NCBI RefSeq assembly: GCF_001194135.2
Contig: NC_068984.1
Span: forward strand, 115,141,463-115,205,462
DNA: 64,000 nucleotides
Reading direction: 5' to 3'
Source of the DNA: Octopus bimaculoides
Lineage: Eukaryota
The notes beneath the pieces were generated by a model. That model did not search any database. It saw only the letters and a program-made list of their open reading frames with translations, and was not told where the DNA came from. Of this stretch, positions 1 to 13,431 are shown in pieces; position 1 is the first letter of the stretch, and every line of letters begins with the position of its first letter. The translations under genes and the position numbers were made by a program.

Positions 1-1
1 G

Positions 2-313
2 TGGGGTGCGAACAATAAGGTTGGAGGCGGTGGCGGGGAGATGGGAGGAGAGGATGAGGTCATGGATAGTGGAGGACACAGTCTGTTGGTAGCTGGGCGT
101 GGGGTCGGAGGGCAGAGGGCGGTAGAATGAGGTATCTCGAAGTTGACGGAGAGCTTCGGCCTCGTAGAGGTCCGCGCGCCATACTACCACGGCTCCACCC
201 TTATCAGCCGGTTTTATGATGATGTCCGTGCGGCGTCGGAGGGATCGAAGGGCCGAGAGTTCGGCTGGGGAGATGTTGAGTCGAGATGGACGCCTGGAAA
301 AGTTAAACCGGCC
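2..313 (-). mobile_element. Penelope-like element reverse transcriptase, N-terminal fragment (continues past window start)
   Basis: Open minus frame, hand-translated: GRFNFSRRPSRLNISPAELSALRSLRRRTDIIIKPADKGGAVVVWRADLYEAEALRQLRDTSFYRPLPSDPT. The IIIKPADKGGAVVVW motif is typical of PLE RTs. The segment is GC-rich relative to its flanks. Confidence 0.85.
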
Positions 314-2430
314 CTAAATAAACACATATATATATATATATATATAAATTACTCTTGAGAGAGTAGATCTCGAAGCACCTAATGTTAAAAATAATGACGT
401 TTAAATAATGGGTTAAAAGCCGTTTGGATACACGCCATTATTCATAGGCTTATGTGCTAGGAGATTCACTGTTCCAAAAAAAAGAATTATTTCACATTTT
501 CTCGAAAGTTCATAACGTCCACACACACACGCACACGCACGCACGCGCACGCGCACATATGCATGCATGCACACACACACACACATACACCGGAAAGTTG
601 ATCGTAGATGGTTATTTCTTCAGCCACAGTTCAACCGTGATTTAGCAGACGTCTTATTGAAGCTGTTCTGACCGTCATTTCTCTGTCTTTTTTTTATGTC
701 TGCATAATATATGATTACATTATTTCATTCGTAAATGCATCGTTTCGGTTTTATGCTATGTTGTCGTTGCTGATTATTGTAACCTTAGTTCGTTCCTCAC
801 TGAGTTGAGCTGCAGTCAAAAAACATTGATGTGATTACCCTCAGCTTTATTTAGCCATAGTGTATCTTGACTACATTAACCGAACGAGTTTTGTTTTATG
901 TTGGTAGAAGACATAGGCTCGGGAACAGGGGATACTGAGGTGCAAGCGTACCCTCTAAAATTTATGTAGGGCGAGGAAAATGCTTTGAACATACTCCTGA
1001 AAAACCTGGATTTTCATTTCATAAGCAAATTTTGATCCGGCACTTATAGTAGCGTGTCATTTGCAGGAGATTTTGCTGCAATTTCCAACTTGTGGATAAA
1101 CTTCGTAGCGATTCCCAGGTTGGTTTGTAGAATGATAATCTATTAATATGCTGTAATCGAAATATTTTTGCTCTTTAGACAATATTTCCAACCAAGATGA
1201 AAGAAATGAATAATTGTAAGGTTATACCTTATCGAAAAACATTTCGGCTGTGAACTAAATTGTTCCATTTATGAACTGGAATCGGCTTGCAAATTGAACC
1301 ATCGAAATTTTGTTGGCAAAATAACGTGAAAATCGACAGTAAGAATATTTTCTGATATATGTATTTCTCCTTAGAGTTATTGAGGATCGAAATCGGGGTC
1401 GTAAGCTTTGCCTATCGAAGCTTTCCGCTATTTCGTTGCACACACGGATAAAATTTTCCCGTGATCTATATTGAACGAGCCAAGAAATAACTCTCCAGTC
1501 TTACAGTGCTATCACTCTTTACAGCGGTGATCTATACAACTCTATCATTTCTGTTGGCAGCTCGAAAATGAAACATAAGCGTTACGTTCATATGAGATTC
1601 TTTTAACGCAGACACAAGACCTTGAATTTTTAAGAGGTTATAATTGATTAAATTGCTACAAATCCTTAACTCATACTTTATTGTACCGATGCAGGAAAAA
1701 TAATATATGTTTCTAGTTTGGGAGAAATTTGAACTCTGGATATAAAGGGCCATAGTAAAATACAAAAAAAAATGTGTGTATGGAAAGAAAGAGGGAGAGA
1801 TAGAGAGCCAGACAGACAGAGGTTCAAACGAACGCTGCTAGCTGTGCCCGCACTTACATACACACATACGAACGGTCTTGGCACATGTACACATACACAG
1901 ACGATAATTAAATGTTTCTGGGTGTATTTATCACCGAAATTCTTTAAAAAATATAAGGCGTTTTTGCGTTAAGCTAATATTTTTTGTGATAGCTGCATTT
2001 ATGTATAACTCTCAGCTGCAAGTAGACTGGACAGGGTCGTTTAGCCCACTACTGTTAGCAGTGAAAGCATAACAAGATATATCGATGTGTTTTATCCGAT
2101 TCTCTATGAACTCTTTCTGGCGTTTATCCTAGCATAACAACGGGCATTACTAACAGCTGTAATATTGACGATACAAATAATGTTGAAGCCATTTTGGAGA
2201 GGCAAACTGAGGTTTTTGGCATGATCAGCATATATATTTATATTCGAATCAATATATAATTGTTATTTATTTTATAGACCTAAAGGGAAAAGGAAATGAT
2301 CTCGGAAGAATGAAATATCAAATAAAGTAGCGACTAGCATTCAGAAAGTGACTCAGTGATTTTCACCTGAAGAGCAGGAACTCAACATAGCTGTTAGGTC
2401 AACAACAAGTCTCTCTCTCTCTTTCTCTCT

Positions 2431-2482
<52 letters not shown>

Positions 2483-3425
2483 CGCATATATTTATATATA
2501 TGACTTTAAAAGAAGAAAAGGGTATCTTAGATAACATCGGGTATATATTCGGATAACACACACACACACATAAAATGAGATAGTCACGTTGAAATAACAA
2601 GGACCATAGTTCAGCTCAATTAAGTCTTATCTGGAATTTAACAACATCGACAAAAACAGTTGCACTAACAATGACAAATTATTTCTGAACTCTCAAAATG
2701 GCCACGAATTTATTTCAAACATACCGGAAGTCATGAACAGGACACTGAAAGTTACAGAAGAAATATTCATAATGGTTCTTTACCACATACATTAATGGGA
2801 TTAATAAGTGTGTGCGTGTATACATATATATACACACGGACACATATACGTACAAGAAAAAAAAACTCAGAGTATTTAGTTTAAAATGTGGGCTTAATTT
2901 AATAATGTATTTTTTAGAAACCTGACGATTAATTCATTTACTTGAACACGCAATACCATTGTAATGGACAACACTGAAAATAAAACTATTTAAACCGCAA
3001 GACATAGTAAAAAAAAAAAAATTAATAAATACGTAAAATAAATATTCACGAATAGCATACTATTAGAAAGAATATCATTTCTTTTCTGTCCGTTTTGGAA
3101 AGTTAAATGATATAAGAAATATTCCTAGAGCCACAAACACGCAACTCTCATACCTAGTAACGTGTCAATATTTAGTTCATAAATAACACCTTAGTCCTGT
3201 AACGTGTTATAAGATTTATATAGGAGCTTTTGAAACATACGTGCGTAATAGACAAACACAGAGCAGGAAAAATCGTGCTTTAACACAGCGATTGTTATGT
3301 ACAGGAGTTGAATATACATTGACGTATTTGCTTTACCCAGTGGTAATAATCCCATTCAAGTGTTGTGTATAAGATAGATACGCCCATCCATAAAGACGTC
3401 ACAAAGGCTATGGATCAATTGATAA

Positions 3426-3466
<41 letters not shown>

Positions 3467-3930
3467 TATGTATGTATATATATATCAATTGATATATATA
3501 TATATTATTATATATATATATGTATGTATAATATTATATATGTGTGTCTGTATATATATGTATGTATATATATATCAATTGATATATATATATATTATTA
3601 TATATATATATNNNNNNNNNNNNNNNNNNNNNNNNNNNNNNNNNNNNNNNNNNNNNNNNNNNNNNNNNNNNNNNNNNNNNNNNNNNNNNNNNNNNNNNNN
3701 NNNNNNNNNNNNNNNNNNNNNNNNNNNNNNNNNNNNNNNNNNNNNNNNNNNNNNNNNNNNNNNNNNNNNNNNNNNNNNNNNNNNNNNNNNNNNNNNNNNN
3801 NNNNNNNNNNNNNNNNNNNNNNNNNNNNNNNNNNNNNNNNNNNNNNNNNNNNNNNNNNNNNNNNNNNNNNNNNNNNNNNNNNNNNNNNNNNNNNNNNNNN
3901 NNNNNNNNNNNNNNNNNNNNNNNNNNNNNN

Positions 3931-3969
<39 letters not shown>

Positions 3970-4789
3970 GTTCGTATACGTAAGCGAACATGTGAGTATT
4001 ATGCATGATATGTGTGCGTGTATCCTTGTGTTGTGCATATCTATGTATTTGTCTCCCACCGACTGACAACTGGCGTTTGCTTACGTTCGCATAATTTAGT
4101 GGTTTGGCCAAAGAGCTGCGGTTGGGTAGTTTAATGAACAAAAAAAACCCCTTTATACTTGTATGCCGCTAGGATGATTTAAGCAAAGATTTTATAATAA
4201 TTTGTCATCTTTCCAATATTGGGATAAAAACACAACCACAATATTGCCACTCCATATATAATCTGTATAAAGGACAGACAGATTAAAACTATGACACCAA
4301 ATAGAGAATAATCGAAAGGCCAGAAAATGCAGATTCTGAGACAACACAAATTCCACAAAGATTTAAAGATCCAAGCACCTTTTTTCTTTTATTTATTTTA
4401 GTTGTTTCCGTCATTAGACTGATCTTACTGGGGTACCACCTTGAAATATTTAATCAATTATATGAACACCACTACTTATTTTATAACTGGTATCTATCTT
4501 ATCGCTTTATGTATTAGGAACATAATCAAGCTAAAATATCGTTTAGAGGTAAAAGACTAACACAAACATAAAAACGTACACACACATACGTATAAACATG
4601 CGACAAAAACTTCCACATAGTTTCTGTTTTGCAAGTTCATTCACAATACATTGGGTGGTCCGGAAGATACTTGGTCAAAGTGGGGTGCAATGGTGCGAAC
4701 TCGAAACTACAAGGTTTGCAAAGTGAAATTTTAAATAACATATCCTTGTCTACGCCTGACTCAACTGTAGAAATATTATATTAACAAGA

Positions 4790-5090
4790 TGTCCTCATAT
4801 AGATGCATACTAGCCCACCTGCAGACGTTACCTGCTGATCCCCAACCATCTTTGTGAACCGCCTTATTGTGAATATTTTAGTATATTCTAATATTTCGGT
4901 ATTCTAGAACAGGTTAGAACATGTTTGCTGCTTTTTGTCCCTATTTTTCTTTTATCTTGTTCTGTTCCTTCAAATTCACCCTATAATACAATTTGTACCT
5001 GTCTTACTACATTTTGTTAACTTATATGTTCATGAATTTGTACCGGCATGACTTAGCTCTGTCTTTGTTTTGAAGTAGACTGTGTTTAAG
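4790..5090 (-). mobile_element. Highly decayed RTE-like LINE 3' relic
   Basis: Minus-strand translation gives IVL*GEFEGTEQDKRK, resembling the RTE C-terminal ILQGxIEG motif; many stops. Confidence 0.3.
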
Positions 5091-5260
5091 TATACTTACT
5101 GAACGTTCAAGGACGTACGATCTTTGCAACTTAATTTTGTTAGATGAATTTTTTTCCTTTAATAAATTTCAAAAGACAAAATATAATATAAGAGCAAATA
5201 TCTATGTGACAGAAAACTTTGGTCATTGCTTCCCCAGCCAGAAAGATCATCGCACGCCCC

Positions 5261-5302
<42 letters not shown>

Positions 5303-5326
5303 CATAAAAACAAATAGTGTTTAAAA

Positions 5327-5422
5327 TTTACGACGCTTGTTTCGATAGAATTTAATTAATTTAATGCAGTCATAAAAGATTACGTCATAACGTAATTGCA
5401 TTATCGACTATCATCAAGTAAA
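5327..5422 (-). ncRNA. Degenerate type-I hammerhead-like motif
   Basis: tttac-TTGATGA-(tag...ctatc)-GAAA-CAAGC-GTC-gtaaa. Stem I is a perfect 5 bp; core has C3>U; stem II junction is imperfect. Confidence 0.4.
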
Positions 5423-5521
5423 ATTTTAAACAGATAAGATTTTAAACTTCGACCTGGACATAGTTACTCATTTCAGTTTCACATTCGGAGGAATACGAGG
5501 ACAATGATATATATATATATA

Positions 5522-5770
5522 TCAGGTCATCCCATAAGTTCTGTTCGATTTTACCTTTTTTAAAATTGAATGAAATTTAATAGTATTTTAGAATGTCTAA
5601 TGGTATTAAAAATTATTTTTATGCATTTGTGTACATTTAAACTAATTAAATATTATTTTACAGAATAAGAGAATTAAAATTTCTTTGATTAAAACCCTTT
5701 CTAACATGGAAGTATCCGAAGAGCATTTAAGGCACATTATGCTTTATGAGAACAAAAAAGGAAACTCTAA
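5522..5770 (+). mobile_element. mariner transposon 5' fragment (TIR plus transposase N-terminus)
   Basis: TA followed by TCAGGTCATCCCATAAGTT. ATG at 5706 gives MEVSEEHLRHIMLYENKKGNS, like the mariner HLRHxMLYEFKKG start. Breaks off into a GA repeat. Confidence 0.7.
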
Positions 5771-5977
5771 GAGCGAGAGAGAGAGACAAACAGAGAGAGA
5801 GACAGAGAGAGAGACAGAGAGAGAGACAGAGTCAACAGATGGAATCCAGAGATTCACACTATAGGAAACACTTAGCAGCAGTTAAATGAATTGAACTTAC
5901 ACCCCGAAACCTTGACTAAGTCCGGAGGTAAAGATATGGAAATAATGATACAAATAAACAAATGAAANNNNNNNNNN

Positions 5978-6035
<58 letters not shown>

Positions 6036-7020
6036 AAACAAACAATACAATCGCAGAAATATATAAAATTTGTCATACTTACCCACAATGCTGTATACTT
6101 GTTGTTTCTTACTGAAGATATCTTTCGGGTGTAACAACTTATCATTGAACGTCGCACTGGAAAGAATGGCGTTATAATGTCCCTTGAACAATCGTTCATT
6201 TCGTTTCCCCAGTCTCGGAAAGTTTCCCTTTGGTTTGGCATTTGCGTAATAGAGGGCATAGTTAAGCTGGCTCAGCAAGAGCAGCAAAAATGCTAAAATC
6301 ATATAATATTGGAAACGACCTGAAAAAACAAAAACAAAATAAAATAGAAAATGCATTAAATATAAATTATGAATATTGACACACGGCCAAATGTTTCGAG
6401 GAGTGCCTATTTTATGGAGACCCGAGAGGTTCAAAATCAAAAATCAACTTCGGTTGGTTAGAAGCTAGTATATATAAGGAAGTTATTTATGCGTTGCATC
6501 TTGTTTTAATCATTGTATGCTTTTATGTTTTTGTTTTTGCTTAATCTTAAGGCGTTCATTGCATAAAGTCTCTTACATGTCGACCTTAGAAAGCAATATT
6601 CGATTTGTGTATTGAATACATTTCAAAACTTTGTTGCTTATTTGTAAAATCATTCCAAAGGAAATCGATAGACAAGGGGATTATTTGCCTGCTTGGGAAG
6701 AGATGAAGTAAGTCTGCCTCAACGAATTCTGTCTGATCTACGCAACCATGGGAAAGTGAATGTTAAAACAATGACGATGATAATGATAATAATACATAAG
6801 AAATCATGTATGTGTATATATATTTATGTCTATGAGTGTGTGCTAGTGACTGCAACTATGTTTATACTGGTTAACTAGTTGTGTATATATATGTCCTTTT
6901 ATGTGCAGTACTCGATAACGAGATACCGATATATGTATGTGACTGGAATTAAATTATTTAAGAAATAAATTAGCAATCACTTTCTCTCTCTCTCTCTCTC
7001 TCTATCTTTCTTTCTCTCTT

Positions 7021-7065
<45 letters not shown>

Positions 7066-7086
7066 GCACAGACAGAAAAACATACG

Positions 7087-7142
<56 letters not shown>

Positions 7143-7272
7143 NNNNNNNNNNNNNNNNNNNNNNNNNNNNNNNNNNNNNNNNNNNNNGTAGTTAAATGTG
7201 ACTTATAGCAATACAAGAAACTGATATTAACTAAATGATGGGATAGCAAATATATATGTATATATGTGTGTA

Positions 7273-7327
<55 letters not shown>

Positions 7328-7332
7328 TATCT

Positions 7333-7372
<40 letters not shown>

Positions 7373-7504
7373 CATACAATGCGAAGTTTATTACTCATTT
7401 AAGTTTTAATATTTCACTGAATTGACGGACGAGATGACAATGATAAGTAGGCACTTAGACGAATAATAATAATAACAACTATAACAACAACAATAATATT
7501 AAGT

Positions 7505-7940
7505 TTATAGATATTGCAATACCTGGGGATGCACGCATAAATGACAAAGAACTGGAAAAGATTAAAAAGTACAGATTACTAAAAGACGAAATTGCAAGAA
7601 TGTGGACTATGAAGAGTGTCTGTCATTCTAGTAATTGTCAGGGCAATCGGATCACTAACAACCAAGTTCGAGAAATATGTCAGAGAAATCGGAATTGACA
7701 TGAGAGTAGAGCAATCCCAAAAGACTGCGCTGCTGGAAACAGCTAGGATTTTGAGAATGGTACTTGGATGTTGAATGTCTCCCACGGTAATTAACAACCA
7801 AGTACCAAAGCTTAAAATGTGCAGAAAGAGACCCTGTGAGACTTCTGACCGTAGGCTGCTCTCTACTCTCACAGAATCTACCAGAGCAAACAAGATCGAG
7901 CGCTCTGAGAAGTAAAATAACGACAAGGACTACAACAACA
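7505..7940 (+). mobile_element. R4/Dong-like non-LTR retrotransposon 3' fragment (RLE domain and 3' UTR)
   Basis: DIAIPGDARINDKELEKIKKYRLLKDEIARMW and GTARILRMVL, followed by a 3' UTR shared with 18590-18770 and an (AAC)/(AAT) tail. Confidence 0.75.
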
Positions 7941-7949
7941 ACAATAAAT

Positions 7950-8527
7950 AGGGGTTATCAGCAATTTAGGACATGTGATGCTTCCTTACTTCTTTCCACG
8001 AGGCCTTAGAATTAACTCTGTCGCCTACATTGAGGTCCTGGCAATAACCGTTAAGCCTGGATAGACAGTGTATGCAATGGAAGGCCATATGTATTTCAGT
8101 AAGACTCTGTACTATCATACATGGCTCTAGTAACACAGGAATGGATGGCTGAAAATTTCCATGATCACATAACCCCTAACATTTGACCTCCTAATTCTCC
8201 AGATCTCAATCCATTGGACTATTAGACGTGGAGTGTTGTTGAGAGAGAGGTCAATGAACACGTCCATAACACCAAAGATTCTTTGAAAGCTGCCATAATC
8301 AGAGTAATGTCCAAAATTAACCAGGACCACTTGATTCGAGCATGTAGATGATTTAGATCTTATATAGAATCAGTGCTGAAGTTGAAGGTGGCTTTATTGA
8401 ATAACATTATAGAAAAGAAGGTTTATGTTTATCCTCATAGCATTTTTTGATAAATAGTCATTATCAGTTATTATATATATGTTTTTTTATAACCATAAAC
8501 CTGTCCCCAAATATCTTACGCACTCTG
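7950..8527 (+). mobile_element. maT (DD37D) Tc1/mariner transposon, 3' half, pseudogenised
   Basis: GHVMLPYFFPRGLRINSVAYIEVL...GRPYVFQ*DSV...PPNSPDLNPLDY. I count 37 residues in frame between the second and third Asp. Ends cactctg+TA at 8521-8529. Confidence 0.85.
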
Positions 8528-8577
8528 TATAAATATATAAATAATTTTTATTTCATAAATACAGTACATGTTTTTAT

Positions 8578-8661
8578 GTGCTACTATTAGTTTCATGTGT
8601 TGAGAGCATATAAGACAGTATTTTTTAACATGCCTGGTGTTCTAGCACAATCATCAGGCAC
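8578..8661 (-). ncRNA. Type-I hammerhead-like motif, long stem II
   Basis: gtgc-CTGATGA-t-tgtg...caca-t-GAAA-CTAATAG-TA-gcac. Stem I is 4 bp; stem III is ACU/AGU; U.U mismatch at the base of stem II. Confidence 0.5.
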
Positions 8662-9201
8662 TGCTCACATGGCATAACTAACTAAAAATGAGCCGATAGG
8701 ATGAGAGAAAAAACGAAAAATAGCGAGAAATAAATAAATATAAAGGTTGAATGTTGAAAAACCAGAAAACGAAAGAGAAAACAGAAAGAAGCAAAAGAAA
8801 GGAATTAGAGTTGTTTCCCCTCAGACCGTAAGATATTAGGCTGGAAAGATAGTGGCTTAGAGTCTATGGTACAGTTGTTTAATCCGGAGATGGTGGCACT
8901 TTCCAATTCGTCAACAGGAACTTAGCCATATCCTTACAACTGCTGAAAATTTCGTATCAAGAATTCAGCAGTGTATTTGTGATCTTAGATCTGAAAAGGA
9001 TCCGAGTTCTTTCACCTACGAATAGCTTACATCTTTTTATCCGTTAACATATGGTGTGGATTTTTCGACAATTTTCCATTTCATCGTATATGGTATAGTA
9101 ATAGAACGTCACACCATATACAATAAAGTAATTGCATTAGGACTCCTGATGTGTTAAAAAAGTATTGTCTGGCATGCTTGATCTTACAATCATGGAACAG
9201 T

Positions 9202-9275
<74 letters not shown>

Positions 9276-9330
9276 TGCACCACATGCATACATACATACA
9301 CATATTAGAGGAAAAATCAAAACCAAAGCA

Positions 9331-9585
9331 GAACGAGTATTTCAAGTCATTTAGAATAATTTAATTAGGGTAAGGTGAATTTGAAGTCTTACAGCTGTTT
9401 CTGGGATAACCCAAATGGTTGGTTAGCATGTCGGTGCACTGGGTATTCTGTCATCAGAGACAATGACGGAATACCTAGTGCACCGATATGCTAACCAACC
9501 ACTTGGGTTATCCCAGAAACAGTTGTAAGACTTCAGATTCACTTTACTCCAATTAAATTATTCTAAATGATTTGAGATCTCGTTC
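9331..9585. repeat. ~255-bp head-to-head palindrome with hammerhead
   Basis: Arms gaacgag...gtcat and atgac...ctcgttc are near-exact reverse complements around the loop cagagaca. Confidence 0.9.
9386..9461 (-). ncRNA. Minimal type-I hammerhead ribozyme (palindromic stem III)
   Basis: gtct-CTGATGA-(cagaataccca...tgggttatccca)-GAAA-CAGCTG-TA-agac. Stem I gtct/agac; stem III palindrome ACAGCTGT; stem II base is imperfect. Confidence 0.7.
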
Positions 9586-10147
9586 CCTCTCATATAATAT
9601 ATACATGCTATAACAGAACCCTAATACGGATCCCTAGATCCGAACAAAATGCCGTTAAGCATTTTTTCCGATGTGCTAATGATTCTGCCAACTCGCCTAC
9701 ACACGCGTGGGCACGCACGCACACATACACGCGCGCGGGCGCACATATATGATATATGTATCGAATATATTAGATGTCGTCATTGAAATTAAGATACTGG
9801 TGACAAAAATGAAGAATATCTGATATATCACAAAATATTAAACGTTCGTATTCATCCTAATAAGTGACCTCCGAAGAAGGTTAGCAACGTAATGGTTTAC
9901 GTAATTGGTTACTGTAAGTACGCTACATTTACAGAGACTCGTGCATATGCACATACATACAGGCATATACTTACATAAGCGTATACACATACATTCATAC
10001 ATATATTCATGCGTACATACGCATTCATATGTGCACACACAATTAGGTAAGTGTGTGTGTGTGTGTGTGTGTATTTGGCGTGTTTGCGCATACGTAAGTA
10101 CGTGTGAATAGGGCAATGAATTATGGAGTAATTTACCTATGAGCGAA

Positions 10148-10261
<114 letters not shown>

Positions 10262-11098
10262 CGATATGCATATTGTTCAGGTGATACCATACTGAAGATT
10301 GACTTATAAATGATTTAGTAATTTCGTAATAAGGCTTAATTTAATTATTTTTACTGAAAACTAACAAATTTGCCGCACACACCATTTCATACGGATTAAA
10401 GTAAATAAATACGTGAGTTGATAAGATGAAAATATAGATGTATACAGGCAGAGATGAATTGATTGGTGGATACGCAAATACACAAACAGAAAAAGAGATT
10501 CAAAGTTATGTATGTAGGTAGGGAGGAAGGGAGGTTGATAGGTGGTGAGGGAGGGAGGTAGATAGATATAGAGAGAGATAAAGAGCAGTATGTATGTATG
10601 TATATAATATATATACATACGTATATTAATATCACATATATGCAATAGGTGCATATATATTCCGTTATATATATATGTGTGTGTGTGTACACGTATTATA
10701 TACATTATATATATGTATATATATATTTGTATATACGTATTATATATATATATAATATCTATGTATATGCACACATAAATATACATATATATACGTATAT
10801 ATATATATCTATGTATATGCACACATAAATATACATATATATATACGTGTGTGTATATATATATATATATGTAATACATATAATCTGTGTGTGTATAAAG
10901 GTGTGTTCCATAAAATATTTTCTTTCGCACATACAAGACTTAGAAAGACACCATGTCTGGCTCACAAGTTTAATGTGATTTTTTAAATTTATTTAAATAT
11001 AATTTGCTGACAGGGGAAAAATATTGAGTAAAAAATTTTCCTCTGGCCATCGTTAATGTATTTTACACTTGTAAAAGATACATGCATATATACGTATT

Positions 11099-11187
<89 letters not shown>

Positions 11188-11789
11188 TATGTATTCGTAT
11201 TTCTATATATATTTAGGAGCGTCAGTGTGGGTAGCACGTCATCTAAAGACGCTATGTTTCAGGTGTCACAAGTCACAACATGACGAAGCAATCTATCAGT
11301 TCGCTTAAAGTTATCTGCGGACGGTGGAAGGTTCATAATTAAACGAGGAAAGATTTCTAAAGCAATACTTATAAGTGTTAATTCAAAAATCTTTGATCTT
11401 TTAATTCACTTAATTGTTAATTAATTTACTTATTTGTAAATTACAAAATACACAGCTGTATTCTATGAGAGACTGTGTTTTGGTGCCGTGAAATAGACAG
11501 TGCATCGTTAACTATGTCTCAATCTGGGCAATGTGCTTCTCTGTTATAAATACATAGAAAAATGTCTTGTGAGTAAACATTCGTATATTATAAAATTCAA
11601 TTAACAGATTTGCAGCTTTTATGTGAACATGTTGATTTAAACAGGTCTCATTATTATAACTTACACAGGAGTTAAATGTTTTCACGTAGGTGTTTAGTTT
11701 TTCTTGTATTACGTTTGAATAAACAATTGTTTCTGTATATTTTTGTGATATACAGTGCCGGAACGTTTTTCCATAGGGCGTCAGTCATA

Positions 11790-11849
<60 letters not shown>

Positions 11850-12519
11850 TACGCAGATATATATATATATATATATATAATGTACATCTTATAACACTGA
11901 ACCTATTACCTAACCTGGAGAGGTTTCTTCTGCACTACGGAGTACATTCGATTCCATTATACCGTTCACTACTCACTAAGGAGTTGTGCAGAAGTTAGTC
12001 GAAACGATCGTTGTGCTTAATAGAACTTCCAGTACAGTGTTCCGTATCAATCATTTAAAATATACTAAACGTGTACTGAGGAATTCCTTACGTAGATCCT
12101 GCGACAAAAGTGCAATACCACGGATGACGCCTGGTAACCATAAGCGGTGAGCGTGCTCCGCAGGCATACTACTAGGGACACACCCAAAACAAAGTTTGAA
12201 TACTACACTTTAAATCTCCTATCTAAACATTAATTATATATATATATATATATATATATGTTGTCTCAGTCATATTTACACAAGTTTAGCGGAAGACGGA
12301 TTGAGTACGAATCTTTGTTCAGCACGACGATCATTTCGAGACATCCTGCATCTGTCTCATAGGATGTTGTGCATCTGGTTGCGTTGCATCAATTGATGCA
12401 GGCTGTGTAATTTCAGGTGCTTAGTGTAGAAAAATATCCCACTAGATATACTGAGATCTTCTTGGCATGTTGTTCTGGTTAGTTGTACGTTGGTACACTG
12501 ACAGAGCGTTATTCTCCGG

Positions 12520-12990
12520 TAACGAGAAAGCAACCATACTCTGGGATATGACAATACACACAGATAGAGAAATCTAGGCTAATAGACCGGATATAGTTGT
12601 CAGAGGTCGCTAAGAAAAAATTCCTTCAAATCGATATATGAATGCCAACAGATGACAATGTGTCCCTAAAAGAAACAGAGAAACTCTCAAAATACAAAGA
12701 TTTGGAAATAGAGGTAATTCGAATGTGGAGCCTAAAAATAGAAACAATTCCTATAATAGTAGGTGTATTAGGTATGATAAAAAAGAAAGCATTCAGACAA
12801 ATACATAACAAAAACACCAGGACTTACAAATGTATATAACACACAGAAAATAGCACTACTAGGCACCACACACATCTTACGTAAAGCACTTTCAATACAG
12901 TGAAAATAAGAGCACCACAACAAACCACAGCACATACCCAAGGTACATAGAGCTAGTGAAAGCACGTGATAAAAATAAGAGTAATGAATA
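12520..12990 (+). mobile_element. R4/Dong-like LINE 3' fragment (RLE endonuclease)
   Basis: EKATILWDMTIHTDREI*ANRPDIVV, a frameshift, then MPTDDNVSLKETEKLSKYKDLEIEVIRMWSLKIETIPIIVGVLG; 3' UTR and (AAT)n tail. Confidence 0.85.
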
Positions 12991-13135
12991 ATAATAATAA
13001 TGATGATGATGATAGCGATAGGTCCTTGTTCTGATTTGACAAACAGTGCAACCTCCCGGTAGACACAATATCTTCAATCAACAACCTTACGATACTGTAT
13101 GCTGTGCGACGTCTATAATAATAACNNNNNNNNNN

Positions 13136-13431
13136 TTGGAAATAGAGGTAATTCGAATGTGGAGCCTAAAAATAGAAACAATTCCTATAATAGTAGGTGT
13201 ATTAGGTATGATAAAAAAGAAAGCATTCAGACAAATACATAACAAAAACACCAGGACTTACAAATATATATAACATACAGAAAATTGCACTACTGGGCAC
13301 TGCACACATCCTACGCAAAACACTTTCAATACAGTAACCATAAGAGCATCACAGCAAACTACAGCACATACCCAAGGCGCACAGAGCTGCGCTCGGTAGT
13401 GAAGTGAAAGCACGTTATAAAAATAAAACTA

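Noticed and set aside
143-358. 71-aa plus-strand ORF
   Set aside because: It is the antisense shadow of the Penelope RT frame and ends in a (TA)n tract.
2270-2400. gacctaa...ctgaagagc...atagctgttaggtc hammerhead or TIR resemblance
   Set aside because: There is no GAAA in the right position and no consistent stems.
3365-4141. Long ORFs of YI/HT/CV/RE repeats and X runs here and across the window
   Set aside because: They are translations of microsatellites and assembly gaps, not genes.
5916-6440. 174-aa minus ORF with a hydrophobic stretch
   Set aside because: It runs through (TA)n and an N gap; no recognisable domain or splice structure.
11240-11320. CTGATAGA...GAAACATAGCGTC on the minus strand
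   Set aside because: The core has an insertion, and stems I and II do not form convincingly.
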